DNA of 64,000 bases from a virus (Duplodnaviria; Caudoviricetes), in IMG/VR virus record IMGVR_UViG_3300021185_003040, positions 59,788 through 123,787 of that record, one strand, 5' to 3'. The notes under the pieces were generated by a model. The model was not told the origin of the DNA. It was given only the letters and a program-made list of their open reading frames with translations, and searched no databases. Both the position numbers and the translations under genes were made by a program. This document shows, piece after piece, positions 29,925 through 41,237 of the stretch; the first letter of the stretch is position 1, and each line of letters starts with the position of its first letter.

Positions 29925-32900
29925 TTATGCAATTATTTTAGAATGGACTCTAAAGCTATAGTTATATCCAGGCTTTTTATTATATATTAATCTAAAATCT
30001 AAAGGCTTTTCTGAGAATCTACTTATTTCAAAATTAGTAAGAGGTATATGGCCATCTGACATAATATCTTCAACATGCCTCACATTGTTTAATTTTGAAT
30101 ATTCTTTTTCACCAGCTTTTTCGAACCCATATACTATAATTTCGTCTAAAATAAATCTAGGAATAATATTTTCTTTTGCGTAAATGCTTACGTCATCTTC
30201 TATTGTTGTTTTATCTCCGTAGGAATTAGCAACATTTACATATTTTCCATAATGTCCTACTATATTATCTTCTTTAAGCTCTTTAACAATCGACTCAACT
30301 ATATAAAAATCCATATACACTTTATTACGATCTTCGAATATGTATACTGTATTTACATTTTCCTTTTCGTCATATCTTACTACGTCTAAATCTCTTAAGC
30401 TAAATACTCTAGAAGTATGATATGCGGTTATGTCGTATTGGTTTTTCACTTTCATGATAGTAGAGGCAAAGAAAGATCTCTCTTCAATTGGACTTAGTGT
30501 TCCGTTTACTTTTATATTTTTACCTCCTTCATAGGATCTAGTATAATAGTCTTTAGTATATTTACTATTAAATAAATTTAGATTCTTTTTATCTATAGCT
30601 ATTTCACCAATAAGGGGGTATAGCGGTTGTTTATCTGTTTCTTGACTTAGTTTTAAAACATCACTACCTTCTTCGTTAACTTTATGATAAAAGAAATTAG
30701 GTATAATTCCAAACATATTGTCTATTTTTAAATAAGATGCAAATACACAATTTACCTCTGATAAATTGTTATATTTGGATTGTTCCCACATAAATTCATC
30801 CATTTCTTCAAGACTTCCAAATGACGGAATGGAGTCTTCTATTTTTTTACTACGATATGGTGGTGTAAATTCTATTACACTTCTAAATAAAGGGTTATAT
30901 TCTCCATTCATTCTTCTAAGATTTGTATAATATCCACCATCTTCCCTAGCAACTAGGTCATGACCAATTTCATTATTACTTAATTTAAATGCCTTAGGTT
31001 TATCATCATCCGTTTCAGCGGTAAGTATAGACGTCTTAATAAATTCTACTCCGTCCTGTATTTCTATTGTGTATAGCCCAGTAGATTCGACACCTTCTTC
31101 TGAAATGGTAGTATACGTTATATTAGAATTGCTATTTATTCTTTCTGCCATTCCAGGAGCAACTACATCTTTTAAAACATTTTCCCATCCAGATCTACCA
31201 CCTTTATCGTATGATAAGACTACTGAGTTTGAAATATTACTAGCATCAGTTGGACTAAGATTAAATGATAAATAAATAGATCCGTCATCGTTGGTTTGAA
31301 CAGCGCCAGGTGTTCCTGAAACAATAATATTATTATCATCTACGACTGATACTACTTTCATTCCAAATTGTTGACTAGAAGAATATCCAGGAATATTAAA
31401 TTTTAAATATGCATATTCTCCGTCTATCTTAAATATATCTTCCGTGAATTTAGGTTGATTATTTCCGACAGACGCAATTGAAGCTGTTAATAGCTTGGTG
31501 TCTTCTTCCCATGAAGAAGCGCCTGCTGCACCCTGACCTCCAAATTCTAAGAAACCTCTAACACTAGAATCAATGATTTCTCCAGTAGTAGCATCTTTAA
31601 TATCTGTTAATGTGTATGAAAGATATCTATCAAATTCAGTGATTTCATTTTCAGGTATTGTTAAATGTATTAGAAGGGTTATAGTTTTAAATTTATCATT
31701 TTTTATAAATTCAAAGTCAGCTCTGGATTCTGACACTATTTCTTGAGCCTTTGGCACATCCGTGTAACACAATACTGTCGAATATTTATAATCGTTTATT
31801 TCTGAAGACGCACTGAATGATATAGGTTGACTCAGAGAGAACTCCTTTCTTTCTTTATAAATATATCTAAGTCCTTTAAATACTGTAGAGGAGAAGCTCA
31901 AAGAGTCTCCTGATGTAAATGAAGTATATAGTCTCTTGGTCATTGCATCTACCCAATCTCCATTTAGATCCGATGCTCCTGTAAAGTTTAAAAACGCAGA
32001 AAAATAATCATAGTCTACATCTTTTAATTTACTAGAGATATCGCTATAAGACATTTTTTCATCAGTCGGATTAATGTAATCTCTAAGATATGGTATTTTA
32101 TCAGAATCTCTCAAATAACTAGGAATATTCCATATTAAAAAATGTTCCATGTTTAGTTTATCACTATCCCTATCATTTATTATAGAAATATCTGCAGAAA
32201 GGTTATCAATTCCAAACGCTTCATTAGCATTTAGTATATACGGTAAATTTCTTGAATTTATAGCAGTACCTTCTTTTAATGCAAATTTACATATAGTGGG
32301 AACTACTCTTGAATTAATACTTGTTTCTTTTAAAGAGTTTTCATTCAATCTATCATACTCGCTGGCTATTTCAATTTCAGAGCTGTCTCCTTCGGTCGAA
32401 TCATCTTCTATTATGTTTGCTAATTTTTTAAATTGAAATAAATCTAGATTTTCATCACCTGGAATAAATATAAATTTAGATGAGTTGTCAATATCTGATG
32501 CTAATATTGCGTATTCGGGATTAGGTTCACCTGATAATATTAGTTTAGTACTTATCTCTTGGCCATACGATAAAGAAAGGTTAGATGTAACGTTTAATAC
32601 CTTAACATATTCTTGATCTATTGCAGATTTTAAGAAATCTCCTTTTTTAATAAACTCATCGACGAATAGTCCATGGATTACTATGCTCCATTCACCTTCC
32701 GAATTTGACTGAGGAACACCAGAGAAACCGGATCCACCATTAGAGTTTATTATCTCTGTATAACTTGCAGATGAGACTGAAAATGAACTTTCATCTTCCT
32801 TATAATTCTCACTTTCAAATTCTAGATGCGTCACGTCAGAGTTAGTAGTACTATAGAAATCAAAATCAAAATCTTTAAAGTCGTATGCTGAAAATTTACC

Positions 32901-34766
32901 GAAAGGCGTCTTATATGGATTATATGTAGAGAATACCCTTCTTGTAAATTTTATAGGTTTTTCGAAAATAACTCTAAATTCTTCTGCATTTAAAGGATCT
33001 CTAATTATTTCTATAATTCTAGTAAATTTATCCTTTCTGTCATATTTTACATAATCTCCAACGTTAATGTTACCAACGTCCTTTGAAGAAACTACTAGTC
33101 CTTGGTCAATTGCACATCCACCTGACATAGTATAAATAGAATAATCTCCAATAGAAAGATCACCAGAAACTATACCACCTTCATTAATAAATTCATTATA
33201 TCTTTTAGAAAAATGAGAATCCGCTAATGTACAATCACTCATATCTAAAAACGTATAAGGATTCGAAGTATTGATACCGAATATAGTGGTATATTTATTT
33301 CTACCTTGTGAATAATCATCAATTACAATCCTACTGCGATATGATTGAGCGCTATATGGTATGATTTCCCCATTTCTTATTGCTCCTGCTAATGCAGCTG
33401 CTATTTGAGAAGTGTTTCCTTGACATGAATATCTACCCTCAGAATACGTTCCAATCGGTAATGTTTCGTCTGCTATAAATATGAAATCTCCTAGATTAAA
33501 CCTTTCTATAGAGATTTCTAAAAGATCTCCTAAAAATATTTTATCATTATGAACAGGCGGTTGCGTCAGTGAAAATTTCATAAATCCATTAAAGGCTTTC
33601 TTGTCTACGAATGGAGTTTCTATTTCATTTTCTTTCTTAGCAGTAAACTTGTTAGAATCTCCCTTAAATGAAGTAGAAATAAACATATTACCGAACGATA
33701 AATTATAATTTTCAAAAGAATTTTTTATGTGATGATAATTACCTTCATTATCTTTGACCCAGCTCAATATCGGAAGACTAGATTCAGATTCATTAGGAAT
33801 AATTTTTAAATCCTCAGATTCATCATCTATTAAATTTAAGACTCCAAATTTACTTACATTCTCAACTGAGACAGTTCCTTCTTCATGCTCATCAACATAT
33901 ATTCCAAAATATCTATAAATGTTATAATCTTCTGCATCTTCATCATCAAAGAGAAATTCAATATTCATTACATTAGCTGAAATAATACCATTTCTTTCAA
34001 AACTTGATGTAATAGCATTGTTTGCTAATATCTCTGGAAGATCTTCTCTTATATAATCATCGTCTATATAATCTATTTTATTGACAAAACCACCTATCAT
34101 CGCATCTATTCCCGAAAAATGAGTAGGTTCATCTATTTCAAAATTAAAAGAAAGGTGTGAACTTGGAAAAAGAGGATCTTCTATGTGGCTATTTAAATAT
34201 GCTCCTAATTTAGAGTTATTAGTAAGATCAAATGATTTAATAATAGTAGCCTTCGAAAGCATTTCTTGAATCCTATTATTTTGACCATCGGCATCTTCTG
34301 TATATTTTTTAGAAAAATTAACATCTTCTATTCTGTATATTATAAATTTACTGGGGACCTTGTCTTCTAACCAAATAGGAGCAAGTATTCTATATTGTTC
34401 ATCATACACTTTAGTGTAATTAAAGGATGCTCCATAGTTATATAAATTTTCATACTGTGAAGAAAAATCCGCACTAACAGCTAAATCAGTATGCTCTCTA
34501 CCTACTTGATATCTTTTATCTTTTGGTAATTTTCCATAGAAAAGAGCAACATCTCTATTATATTGACCAAAGTCAGATAGTGGATATTTTTGAAATTCAA
34601 CTTGTGAGAGAGTTCTACTAGCCTTAATAGAGCTTAGGTAAATATCTCCTAAAGAATCTGCAACTAACTTAATATTAGAAGTTAATTTTGGATTAGTTCT
34701 TAGTAAAGCAAATGATTTGTTTTTAACCAAACTATTCTTTGCCGCTGTGTTAATAATTTTCGCCAT
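29925..34766 (-). CDS. Large virion structural protein (baseplate-associated?)
   Basis: 1613 aa in the structural module with a class-2 motif upstream (34795-34802). Confidence 0.5.
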   Translation of the reverse strand: MAKIINTAAKNSLVKNKSFALLRTNPKLTSNIKLVADSLGDIYLSSIKASRTLSQVEFQKYPLSDFGQYNRDVALFYGKLPKDKRYQVGREHTDLAVSADFSSQYENLYNYGASFNYTKVYDEQYRILAPIWLEDKVPSKFIIYRIEDVNFSKKYTEDADGQNNRIQEMLSKATIIKSFDLTNNSKLGAYLNSHIEDPLFPSSHLSFNFEIDEPTHFSGIDAMIGGFVNKIDYIDDDYIREDLPEILANNAITSSFERNGIISANVMNIEFLFDDEDAEDYNIYRYFGIYVDEHEEGTVSVENVSKFGVLNLIDDESEDLKIIPNESESSLPILSWVKDNEGNYHHIKNSFENYNLSFGNMFISTSFKGDSNKFTAKKENEIETPFVDKKAFNGFMKFSLTQPPVHNDKIFLGDLLEISIERFNLGDFIFIADETLPIGTYSEGRYSCQGNTSQIAAALAGAIRNGEIIPYSAQSYRSRIVIDDYSQGRNKYTTIFGINTSNPYTFLDMSDCTLADSHFSKRYNEFINEGGIVSGDLSIGDYSIYTMSGGCAIDQGLVVSSKDVGNINVGDYVKYDRKDKFTRIIEIIRDPLNAEEFRVIFEKPIKFTRRVFSTYNPYKTPFGKFSAYDFKDFDFDFYSTTNSDVTHLEFESENYKEDESSFSVSSASYTEIINSNGGSGFSGVPQSNSEGEWSIVIHGLFVDEFIKKGDFLKSAIDQEYVKVLNVTSNLSLSYGQEISTKLILSGEPNPEYAILASDIDNSSKFIFIPGDENLDLFQFKKLANIIEDDSTEGDSSEIEIASEYDRLNENSLKETSINSRVVPTICKFALKEGTAINSRNLPYILNANEAFGIDNLSADISIINDRDSDKLNMEHFLIWNIPSYLRDSDKIPYLRDYINPTDEKMSYSDISSKLKDVDYDYFSAFLNFTGASDLNGDWVDAMTKRLYTSFTSGDSLSFSSTVFKGLRYIYKERKEFSLSQPISFSASSEINDYKYSTVLCYTDVPKAQEIVSESRADFEFIKNDKFKTITLLIHLTIPENEITEFDRYLSYTLTDIKDATTGEIIDSSVRGFLEFGGQGAAGASSWEEDTKLLTASIASVGNNQPKFTEDIFKIDGEYAYLKFNIPGYSSSQQFGMKVVSVVDDNNIIVSGTPGAVQTNDDGSIYLSFNLSPTDASNISNSVVLSYDKGGRSGWENVLKDVVAPGMAERINSNSNITYTTISEEGVESTGLYTIEIQDGVEFIKTSILTAETDDDKPKAFKLSNNEIGHDLVAREDGGYYTNLRRMNGEYNPLFRSVIEFTPPYRSKKIEDSIPSFGSLEEMDEFMWEQSKYNNLSEVNCVFASYLKIDNMFGIIPNFFYHKVNEEGSDVLKLSQETDKQPLYPLIGEIAIDKKNLNLFNSKYTKDYYTRSYEGGKNIKVNGTLSPIEERSFFASTIMKVKNQYDITAYHTSRVFSLRDLDVVRYDEKENVNTVYIFEDRNKVYMDFYIVESIVKELKEDNIVGHYGKYVNVANSYGDKTTIEDDVSIYAKENIIPRFILDEIIVYGFEKAGEKEYSKLNNVRHVEDIMSDGHIPLTNFEISRFSEKPLDFRLIYNKKPGYNYSFRVHSKIIA

Positions 34767-34823
34767 TTATGAATAGACTCTATTTTTGTTAGAGTATATA
34801 TCTTGCTTTGTTACAGCAGAATA

Positions 34824-37800
34824 TTACCTGTATGGGCGAGCGTCAAAGTCGTATAATCTAGAGGATGAAAAATCTGTATATCCGCTACTAGAGTTGAAGA
34901 ATCTTCTTCTATTCCACCACCATCCACCAGAACCTGAGCTACTTCTATAACTTTGTAGCATTACTTTATTGATACTATTCTTATTAGTACCAACTGCTCT
35001 GTATTTAGCATATACTTCGATATCAAACTTAAATTCAGATTTATACGTGTCTAAGATGTCTATCCCTATTTTTTTAGAATAAGTTAAATTAGCAAAAGAA
35101 TTTCCATATATACCACCTATTCTACCTTTACCACTTTCATCTTCTCCAAAATAATCTGTCATTCTATATTGAAATACCATATCTACTGAAACAGCATTCT
35201 GACTTCCACCTTCTACTATTTTCTTACCATACTTATTAGGTCCATCTACTGATAGGCTAGTTTGATTTATAGGTGAAAGATATAAGAAAGATCCGCACGA
35301 AAGACCACCTAATAAATATTGATCATCTTCCGTAAATGAATTCTTAACAGATTTTCTAGGAATAACCGTACCTGATTCATCCATAGGTCCGGATTCTGAT
35401 CCATCCCTAAATGTAATAGCCAAAGGCTGATATGGCGTTTGTATTTTTCCGTTTTGGTCATTGGCTCTTTTAACTGCGTACTTAGGCATTGAAACTATTC
35501 CAGTTGTCACCATTTCAAACACATTTAATCTATTGTCAGGGTCAATTCCTCCCTCATCGGCGTCTTTAATAAGTGGATGAAATTTAGATAAAAATAAACC
35601 TTTATCATATTCACTAGAACCCAGCGTTGTTATCGAAATTAAATCTAGTTCAGAATTATTAGCAGAGCTTTCTACATTACCTCCACCGTATGTTCCGTTC
35701 CATATAAAATCTGATCCGTTTGATGTTGGGCTATTAGTTAATTGACATGTCATAGTACTAGAATCAGCTCCACTAAAATCTCGTAAATGCGTTCTATCGG
35801 CAATACTACCTGGAGTAAATAGTGTATTACCACCATTGTTATTTCTTATTGGATAACTTAAACCATATTCTGCAGTAGTAACTCCGTTTGTTACGGCATG
35901 AGAAGATCCCGTATCTGCATTTGTTGTAAGGTATAAATTACCATTATTAGATATATTTTTAAATCTAGAATATATGAATTGCCCATTTAATTGTGAAGAT
36001 TGTTCTGGTGCCGTAGCAAAATAATTATAAGAATTACCATCTCCAGTTAAGTTTTGATAAACTAAAGGAACTTGATCATATTTTCCTTCTGTCATATAGT
36101 ATGTATCATTAGATATCATATCATCAGGACCAGCATTTGAAGCTAGCTTCATGTTACCTGTTTCTAGATCTATTATACCTAATCCATAATCTTGTTGACT
36201 TGTTGAAACATAGGCAGGTTGTTTAAGATCTCCAACGATTCTTGCACATAGTTCTAAGTCAGATGCCTTGGTGTTATGTAATTCAACTGTAAAGTTTTTA
36301 GTAACAACATATCCTTTGCTAATTCCCGTAGGTGCATTGTCTACATAATATCCTGCAAATATTTTAGCGGTAGTGTTGTTTTTAACCATAGTGGCAACTC
36401 CTTCTTCATCTACAATTTTAACTTGTAGTTCTCCAACAGTACCTTCTACTTTAGATTGTAATCTTTCTAATTGATTCTGTAATTCTAATAATTTTTCATA
36501 AACACTAATAGGATTCTGTTCTCCGGTTAAAAATCCTGATGCAAGGCTTTCAGCGCCATGTGCATAGTATGTATCACCTGCTGTAAAGCCAGTATCAAGG
36601 TGTGTAAATAAATTCTGAGATTCTAAATCATCATTTATTTCAACTTTAACATTATCTAGATCGTTTTGATTTACGAGTGAATTAGCTCCGTCAGTTGCTA
36701 TTACTCCTTCAGGGAATGGAATACTAATAATTTCGGACCATTCTGATTCTACTGGAGTCGTAGGAAAACCTGCTTCAGAAACAGATTTTACCATCATTTC
36801 GATAACTTCGCCTTGTCTTATCGGTAAATCTATAGAATTAAAGTTAATAGCCTGTGCATCTTCTTCAGATTCTATAATCCATCTATAACCACCGTCTGCT
36901 TGCTTTTCTCTTTTTCTAACAGGACCTTTAACTTCTACCCAGTTTGAAAATGCAGCAGTTTTTTTATTAAATTTAATTTGCTCAATCACGGAAGTTTTTC
37001 CAGTAGAAGATGCATACCTATATCTTGCGATAAACTGAACTACTTCTTGTGAAACTTCATCTCCAACTTTTTTAGCATCTGGAATTGACCAGAAACCTCT
37101 AACTCTATATTTAGGAGAAGCTTTGGGTAATTCATTAGATTCTGCAATGGCTTTAATTTCACTAACGCTAGAAGAAAATACCTTTGTCTCAGCTGCTTTT
37201 TCTCTAATTAAAGAAGATAGTTCGTTCTTCTCTCTATTTCTTTCAATTTTAGATGAGAATTTTTTAGTAGCAATTAACTTTCTTTTTTTCTTAATAGTAG
37301 AATCAAGTTTTTTAACAGCTTCCTTTGCAGCGACCTTATCTGATTTAATCTGCTTAACCTTCTGAACACTTGCGTTTTCAGTAAGGTGTTTATTTATCTG
37401 AGTAACCTTAAAGTTATCAGATTCAATAATCGGTGCATCTGGGATAAGACCTTCCGATGCAGGCGGAATATAATCTACTTTAAGTGCTTTAATGAATTGT
37501 CCAAAGTCAGCAACCTCTTCTTTGTAATATTTAGCGAGAGATGTTATTACACCTTCTTCGTTTTGAATAGTTAATTCATTGGAAAAGAACGCAATTCCTG
37601 GTGAAAAATCAGTTGAAGGAATTTTAGAAATAGGATCAATTGGCTTAACAAAAACAACTTGTCTTTCATTAAATCCAACTTTAATTTCAATATCAACAGA
37701 TAAATCAATGTCTTTATAAATTCTTAGAGAATCTGCACCAATCTTTACAGGAACATATCCTTCTAATAGTTCTAAACCTACTTGAGATGTTGAAGCATCG

Positions 37801-38645
37801 ATAGAGGTTATTTTATATCTTGTGTTATATTCTTTATTGTTTACTACTAATGAATCACCTATCTTTAAAGATTCAGTGTCTTTCATTCTTTTATTAGCAT
37901 CAGAATATGTTAACTTATTTAAAGTATAAACTTTAATCGTCTTAGTTTGACTAACACCGTCTACCATGACGGTCTTCTGAACATTCTCAACCTTTAATAC
38001 ATCTAGGCCTCCTGTATATTGAATAGACCTAATTGGCATATCAACAGTCTCTGCATCGATTCTGTATTTTAAACCAGCTTCTTCAATTTTAGAAACAAAA
38101 CTTTCGTAATTAATATCATTTTCACCTTTATAAATTTCATCAAAGGATTCAGTCGATGCAATATCTTCATGATCAAAAATAAATCTTTCAGTGTATATTC
38201 TTTCAGTGTCTACCGGAATCTGTCCTTTAACATCTAAACTTATTGTTAATAGCGGGTTTAAGAAATCTTCAAAGAAATCGTTTAATTTAGTATTAAATTC
38301 TTTAGGAGTTGCAAGAGATGTTACGGGTAAAGAAGGTCCTTTTAATTTAGAAGTATGTATTTTTCTATAAGATCCATCTTTAAGTTTAACATTTGCACTC
38401 GAAGTGTCTAGTCCACTAATTGCAGTTAAATTCTTATCAATTCTTTCAATCTCTCTTTTCAAAAATCCAAATGCTGGAATTTGAATCGCTGTCATTTTTC
38501 CTGTGCGATTATCGAATAGGTCAATGGTAACTGTTTCTTTATCTGTAGAAATAGCCTCATTGATACGCTCAAAAGTTTCTAGTGAATTAGTGTTTAATTC
38601 TAGAAACTGTTCGAGTAAATGTGATATAGAATTACTAGCGCTCAT
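34824..38645 (-). CDS. Large virion structural protein with a central coiled coil
   Basis: 1273 aa; structural context. Confidence 0.5.
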   Translation of the reverse strand: MSASNSISHLLEQFLELNTNSLETFERINEAISTDKETVTIDLFDNRTGKMTAIQIPAFGFLKREIERIDKNLTAISGLDTSSANVKLKDGSYRKIHTSKLKGPSLPVTSLATPKEFNTKLNDFFEDFLNPLLTISLDVKGQIPVDTERIYTERFIFDHEDIASTESFDEIYKGENDINYESFVSKIEEAGLKYRIDAETVDMPIRSIQYTGGLDVLKVENVQKTVMVDGVSQTKTIKVYTLNKLTYSDANKRMKDTESLKIGDSLVVNNKEYNTRYKITSIDASTSQVGLELLEGYVPVKIGADSLRIYKDIDLSVDIEIKVGFNERQVVFVKPIDPISKIPSTDFSPGIAFFSNELTIQNEEGVITSLAKYYKEEVADFGQFIKALKVDYIPPASEGLIPDAPIIESDNFKVTQINKHLTENASVQKVKQIKSDKVAAKEAVKKLDSTIKKKRKLIATKKFSSKIERNREKNELSSLIREKAAETKVFSSSVSEIKAIAESNELPKASPKYRVRGFWSIPDAKKVGDEVSQEVVQFIARYRYASSTGKTSVIEQIKFNKKTAAFSNWVEVKGPVRKREKQADGGYRWIIESEEDAQAINFNSIDLPIRQGEVIEMMVKSVSEAGFPTTPVESEWSEIISIPFPEGVIATDGANSLVNQNDLDNVKVEINDDLESQNLFTHLDTGFTAGDTYYAHGAESLASGFLTGEQNPISVYEKLLELQNQLERLQSKVEGTVGELQVKIVDEEGVATMVKNNTTAKIFAGYYVDNAPTGISKGYVVTKNFTVELHNTKASDLELCARIVGDLKQPAYVSTSQQDYGLGIIDLETGNMKLASNAGPDDMISNDTYYMTEGKYDQVPLVYQNLTGDGNSYNYFATAPEQSSQLNGQFIYSRFKNISNNGNLYLTTNADTGSSHAVTNGVTTAEYGLSYPIRNNNGGNTLFTPGSIADRTHLRDFSGADSSTMTCQLTNSPTSNGSDFIWNGTYGGGNVESSANNSELDLISITTLGSSEYDKGLFLSKFHPLIKDADEGGIDPDNRLNVFEMVTTGIVSMPKYAVKRANDQNGKIQTPYQPLAITFRDGSESGPMDESGTVIPRKSVKNSFTEDDQYLLGGLSCGSFLYLSPINQTSLSVDGPNKYGKKIVEGGSQNAVSVDMVFQYRMTDYFGEDESGKGRIGGIYGNSFANLTYSKKIGIDILDTYKSEFKFDIEVYAKYRAVGTNKNSINKVMLQSYRSSSGSGGWWWNRRRFFNSSSGYTDFSSSRLYDFDARPYR

Positions 38646-38646
38646 A

Positions 38647-40647
38647 TTATCTTAAAATATCGTATTCAAACGTTTTGTTTATTGAATCAATACAAACAAT
38701 TTCTATATAAGGAGTAGCACTAAGTAAAGAAGAGGCTGGAATAGTAATCTTCTGAGACCATCCATTTTCTTTATCTGTCCACATTGTTATATTATTAGAT
38801 TGTAAGTTTTTGATTTTATTTTTAAAAGTTACTCTAACAACTTGGCCTGTTTTCCATTGTGTTACAGTATCGTCTAGGTATATATTTAGATTAGAATCAA
38901 AGCTTTCGTCGAAGGCCGTATAGATTCTAACTAAGTTATCGAATTCTTTAACTCTTTGCCAAACTGCCTTTGTTGCAGATTCTGAAGGTAAGAAAGGACC
39001 ATCTGAATTTAAAACTCTTTCATTAATACCCGATATAGTATCATATACATAGGCGGGGCTTAATGAATATCCGTAATTAACGCATGAAATCTTAACTTTA
39101 CCCGTGCTTGATTGTTTGTCAATAGAGATCCCTTTATTACCGGATTCTATTACGTCTGTATTATATTGTAACTCTGCAGGTATTTCACCAGATATCACCT
39201 GATTTAATCTAGCATTGGTGTTTGTTATTAGATCTAAAAGACTTCTTTCATCTTGAAAATTAATAGTTGCATTTTCAACATCTTGTTCTATATTGTCTAA
39301 TCTTTTAGATATTCCTTGTAAATTTTGAGAACTTATAAAGAAACTTTCTAACATTTCAACTTTCTTAGAAATATCATTATATCTTGTGTTAGCATCTCTT
39401 AATAATTGAACTGCATTTTCTAAAGCACTTGTAGTGTCTAAGAAAATATCCATTGAGAATGTAGAATAATCATTAACATTCTTTTCTACTCCTACATTAT
39501 CTAAAGCTGAATTAAATTTAAGATTTAATTTAAGTGCAAATGCATTACCATTAAGACCTGTAACCTCGTTAGGCTTATACTTAGTTAATTCTGGAATATA
39601 CCATCCGTCGTTTGAAGTATCTTCTTTCCAGTTATCTAATAATATTATACCGTATAGGTTTGTCGCTTTGTTTCCAATATTAGACTTTGAATATATGTCA
39701 TAATAAACTAGAATAGCATTGAATCTAAAATCTCCACCTCTTTTAGAATAATCTAATATTGAATCTAATTTTGGATCGTTTATTATTTTAGAATATGCAG
39801 AAGCGTTAAAGTCTATTCCAAATGTTGGAATTTCATTTTCATTAATATTATAAGTTCCATCATCTTGATCAGTATAGGCTTGTAAGTCTAAAAAAGGAGC
39901 ATTTGGATGAATGTCGTCTGACGTTCTTCCTTCAACCATGCCGTCAAAGCTTGGATTAAATTTAATATTATTAGTGTTAAACTTAGATGTTTCTAATAAA
40001 ACTTCAGGTGTATATCCTACAGAAGAAGGAACATTAATAAATATTTCATTGTATTGTTGTCCTTTATAGTTCTTGTCGTTAGTTACATCAATATTTCCGA
40101 TGTATTTTATAACTTGACTATATTCAGAACCGGATTGTGTAGAGTCATCTAGCTCTATCATTCTAGAAAATCCTGTTGAAACTTCTTGTGAAGTTGCAGT
40201 TCTTACTCTTATTGCGTTGATGTGATATAAGTATTTAAAGAATATTTTTTCTGCATCACTTTCAAATAAAACATCATCAAAATCGTCGTTAACCTCAGGG
40301 TTAAGAAGCATATTCTCTAAATTAAGGGCATAACTTTGAAAAGTTTGTGCAAAATGAACATTACCATTTCCATCATGTAACGAATCATTATAAGAACTAG
40401 CATTAGAACCGCCACCTCCTTCAAATAGTCTAGAATATTCGATGTAGTTAGGTCCAGAATACTCAGGGTTATTCGGATCACTTTGAATAGAATCAGCATA
40501 TACTGGCAAGTCTAGTAATGCAAATTTAGAAAATTCAAAATTAATATCCGGATTATAATATGCACGCGTAAGATCTCTTGCTGAATTAGCAAAAGCATAC
40601 ATCGTACCTCCCTGTTCCTGTGGAATCCTTATTAGTGGTGTAGCCAT
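38647..40647 (-). CDS. Virion structural protein with a coiled coil
   Basis: 666 aa; FNAILVYYD...NLYGI motif; baseplate context. Confidence 0.5.
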   Translation of the reverse strand: MATPLIRIPQEQGGTMYAFANSARDLTRAYYNPDINFEFSKFALLDLPVYADSIQSDPNNPEYSGPNYIEYSRLFEGGGGSNASSYNDSLHDGNGNVHFAQTFQSYALNLENMLLNPEVNDDFDDVLFESDAEKIFFKYLYHINAIRVRTATSQEVSTGFSRMIELDDSTQSGSEYSQVIKYIGNIDVTNDKNYKGQQYNEIFINVPSSVGYTPEVLLETSKFNTNNIKFNPSFDGMVEGRTSDDIHPNAPFLDLQAYTDQDDGTYNINENEIPTFGIDFNASAYSKIINDPKLDSILDYSKRGGDFRFNAILVYYDIYSKSNIGNKATNLYGIILLDNWKEDTSNDGWYIPELTKYKPNEVTGLNGNAFALKLNLKFNSALDNVGVEKNVNDYSTFSMDIFLDTTSALENAVQLLRDANTRYNDISKKVEMLESFFISSQNLQGISKRLDNIEQDVENATINFQDERSLLDLITNTNARLNQVISGEIPAELQYNTDVIESGNKGISIDKQSSTGKVKISCVNYGYSLSPAYVYDTISGINERVLNSDGPFLPSESATKAVWQRVKEFDNLVRIYTAFDESFDSNLNIYLDDTVTQWKTGQVVRVTFKNKIKNLQSNNITMWTDKENGWSQKITIPASSLLSATPYIEIVCIDSINKTFEYDILR

Positions 40648-40669
40648 CTAATTAATTGTTTATTTTTAA

Positions 40670-41236
40670 TTAAGATATTGTAGCTGAGTGTGAGCTAACA
40701 ATATACCATTTTCCTCCGTTAGAAGATTCTCCTATTAAATTAATACATCCATTCTGACCTACTGAAATAGTAGATGTTGAATCGTATCCGTGAATCGCTC
40801 CATTTGAGGCATCTATCGTAAACGCTAATTTAGCGATAATACTTAATGTTTGTCCAGGTGTAGATGCTCCTAATACTACCGATGCTGCTAATGAATTTAA
40901 TTCATAAGCTCCTAATGCAGGTGTTCCAGTTGGAAAGTTAATAGTGTCTGCTATTGAAATCTGTTGTCCTTTTTCAAAAATAACATTTTCTTTAAATGTA
41001 GCTTCAACACCAGATGTAAGCGTTGATCCATCAACTGTAAATGTAGCTAAAGTTCCATTGTTTATATTCAATGATCCAGCTCCAACCGAACTTGTTAAAA
41101 GTAAAGTGGAATTTGTCGTGTCTAGGACGTTTGCAATTAATCCTAATTCTTCATTAACGTTATCAAAATTGTTATTGATAGTAAGTCTTGAAGAAGAAAG
41201 ACTATGTGTCCCTAAAATTGTTGTAATACTTGCCAT
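40670..41236 (-). CDS. Small fibre/baseplate structural protein
   Basis: N-terminal SRLTINNNF motif typical of fibre/baseplate attachment domains. Confidence 0.5.
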   Translation of the reverse strand: MASITTILGTHSLSSSRLTINNNFDNVNEELGLIANVLDTTNSTLLLTSSVGAGSLNINNGTLATFTVDGSTLTSGVEATFKENVIFEKGQQISIADTINFPTGTPALGAYELNSLAASVVLGASTPGQTLSIIAKLAFTIDASNGAIHGYDSTSTISVGQNGCINLIGESSNGGKWYIVSSHSATIS

Positions 41237-41237
41237 T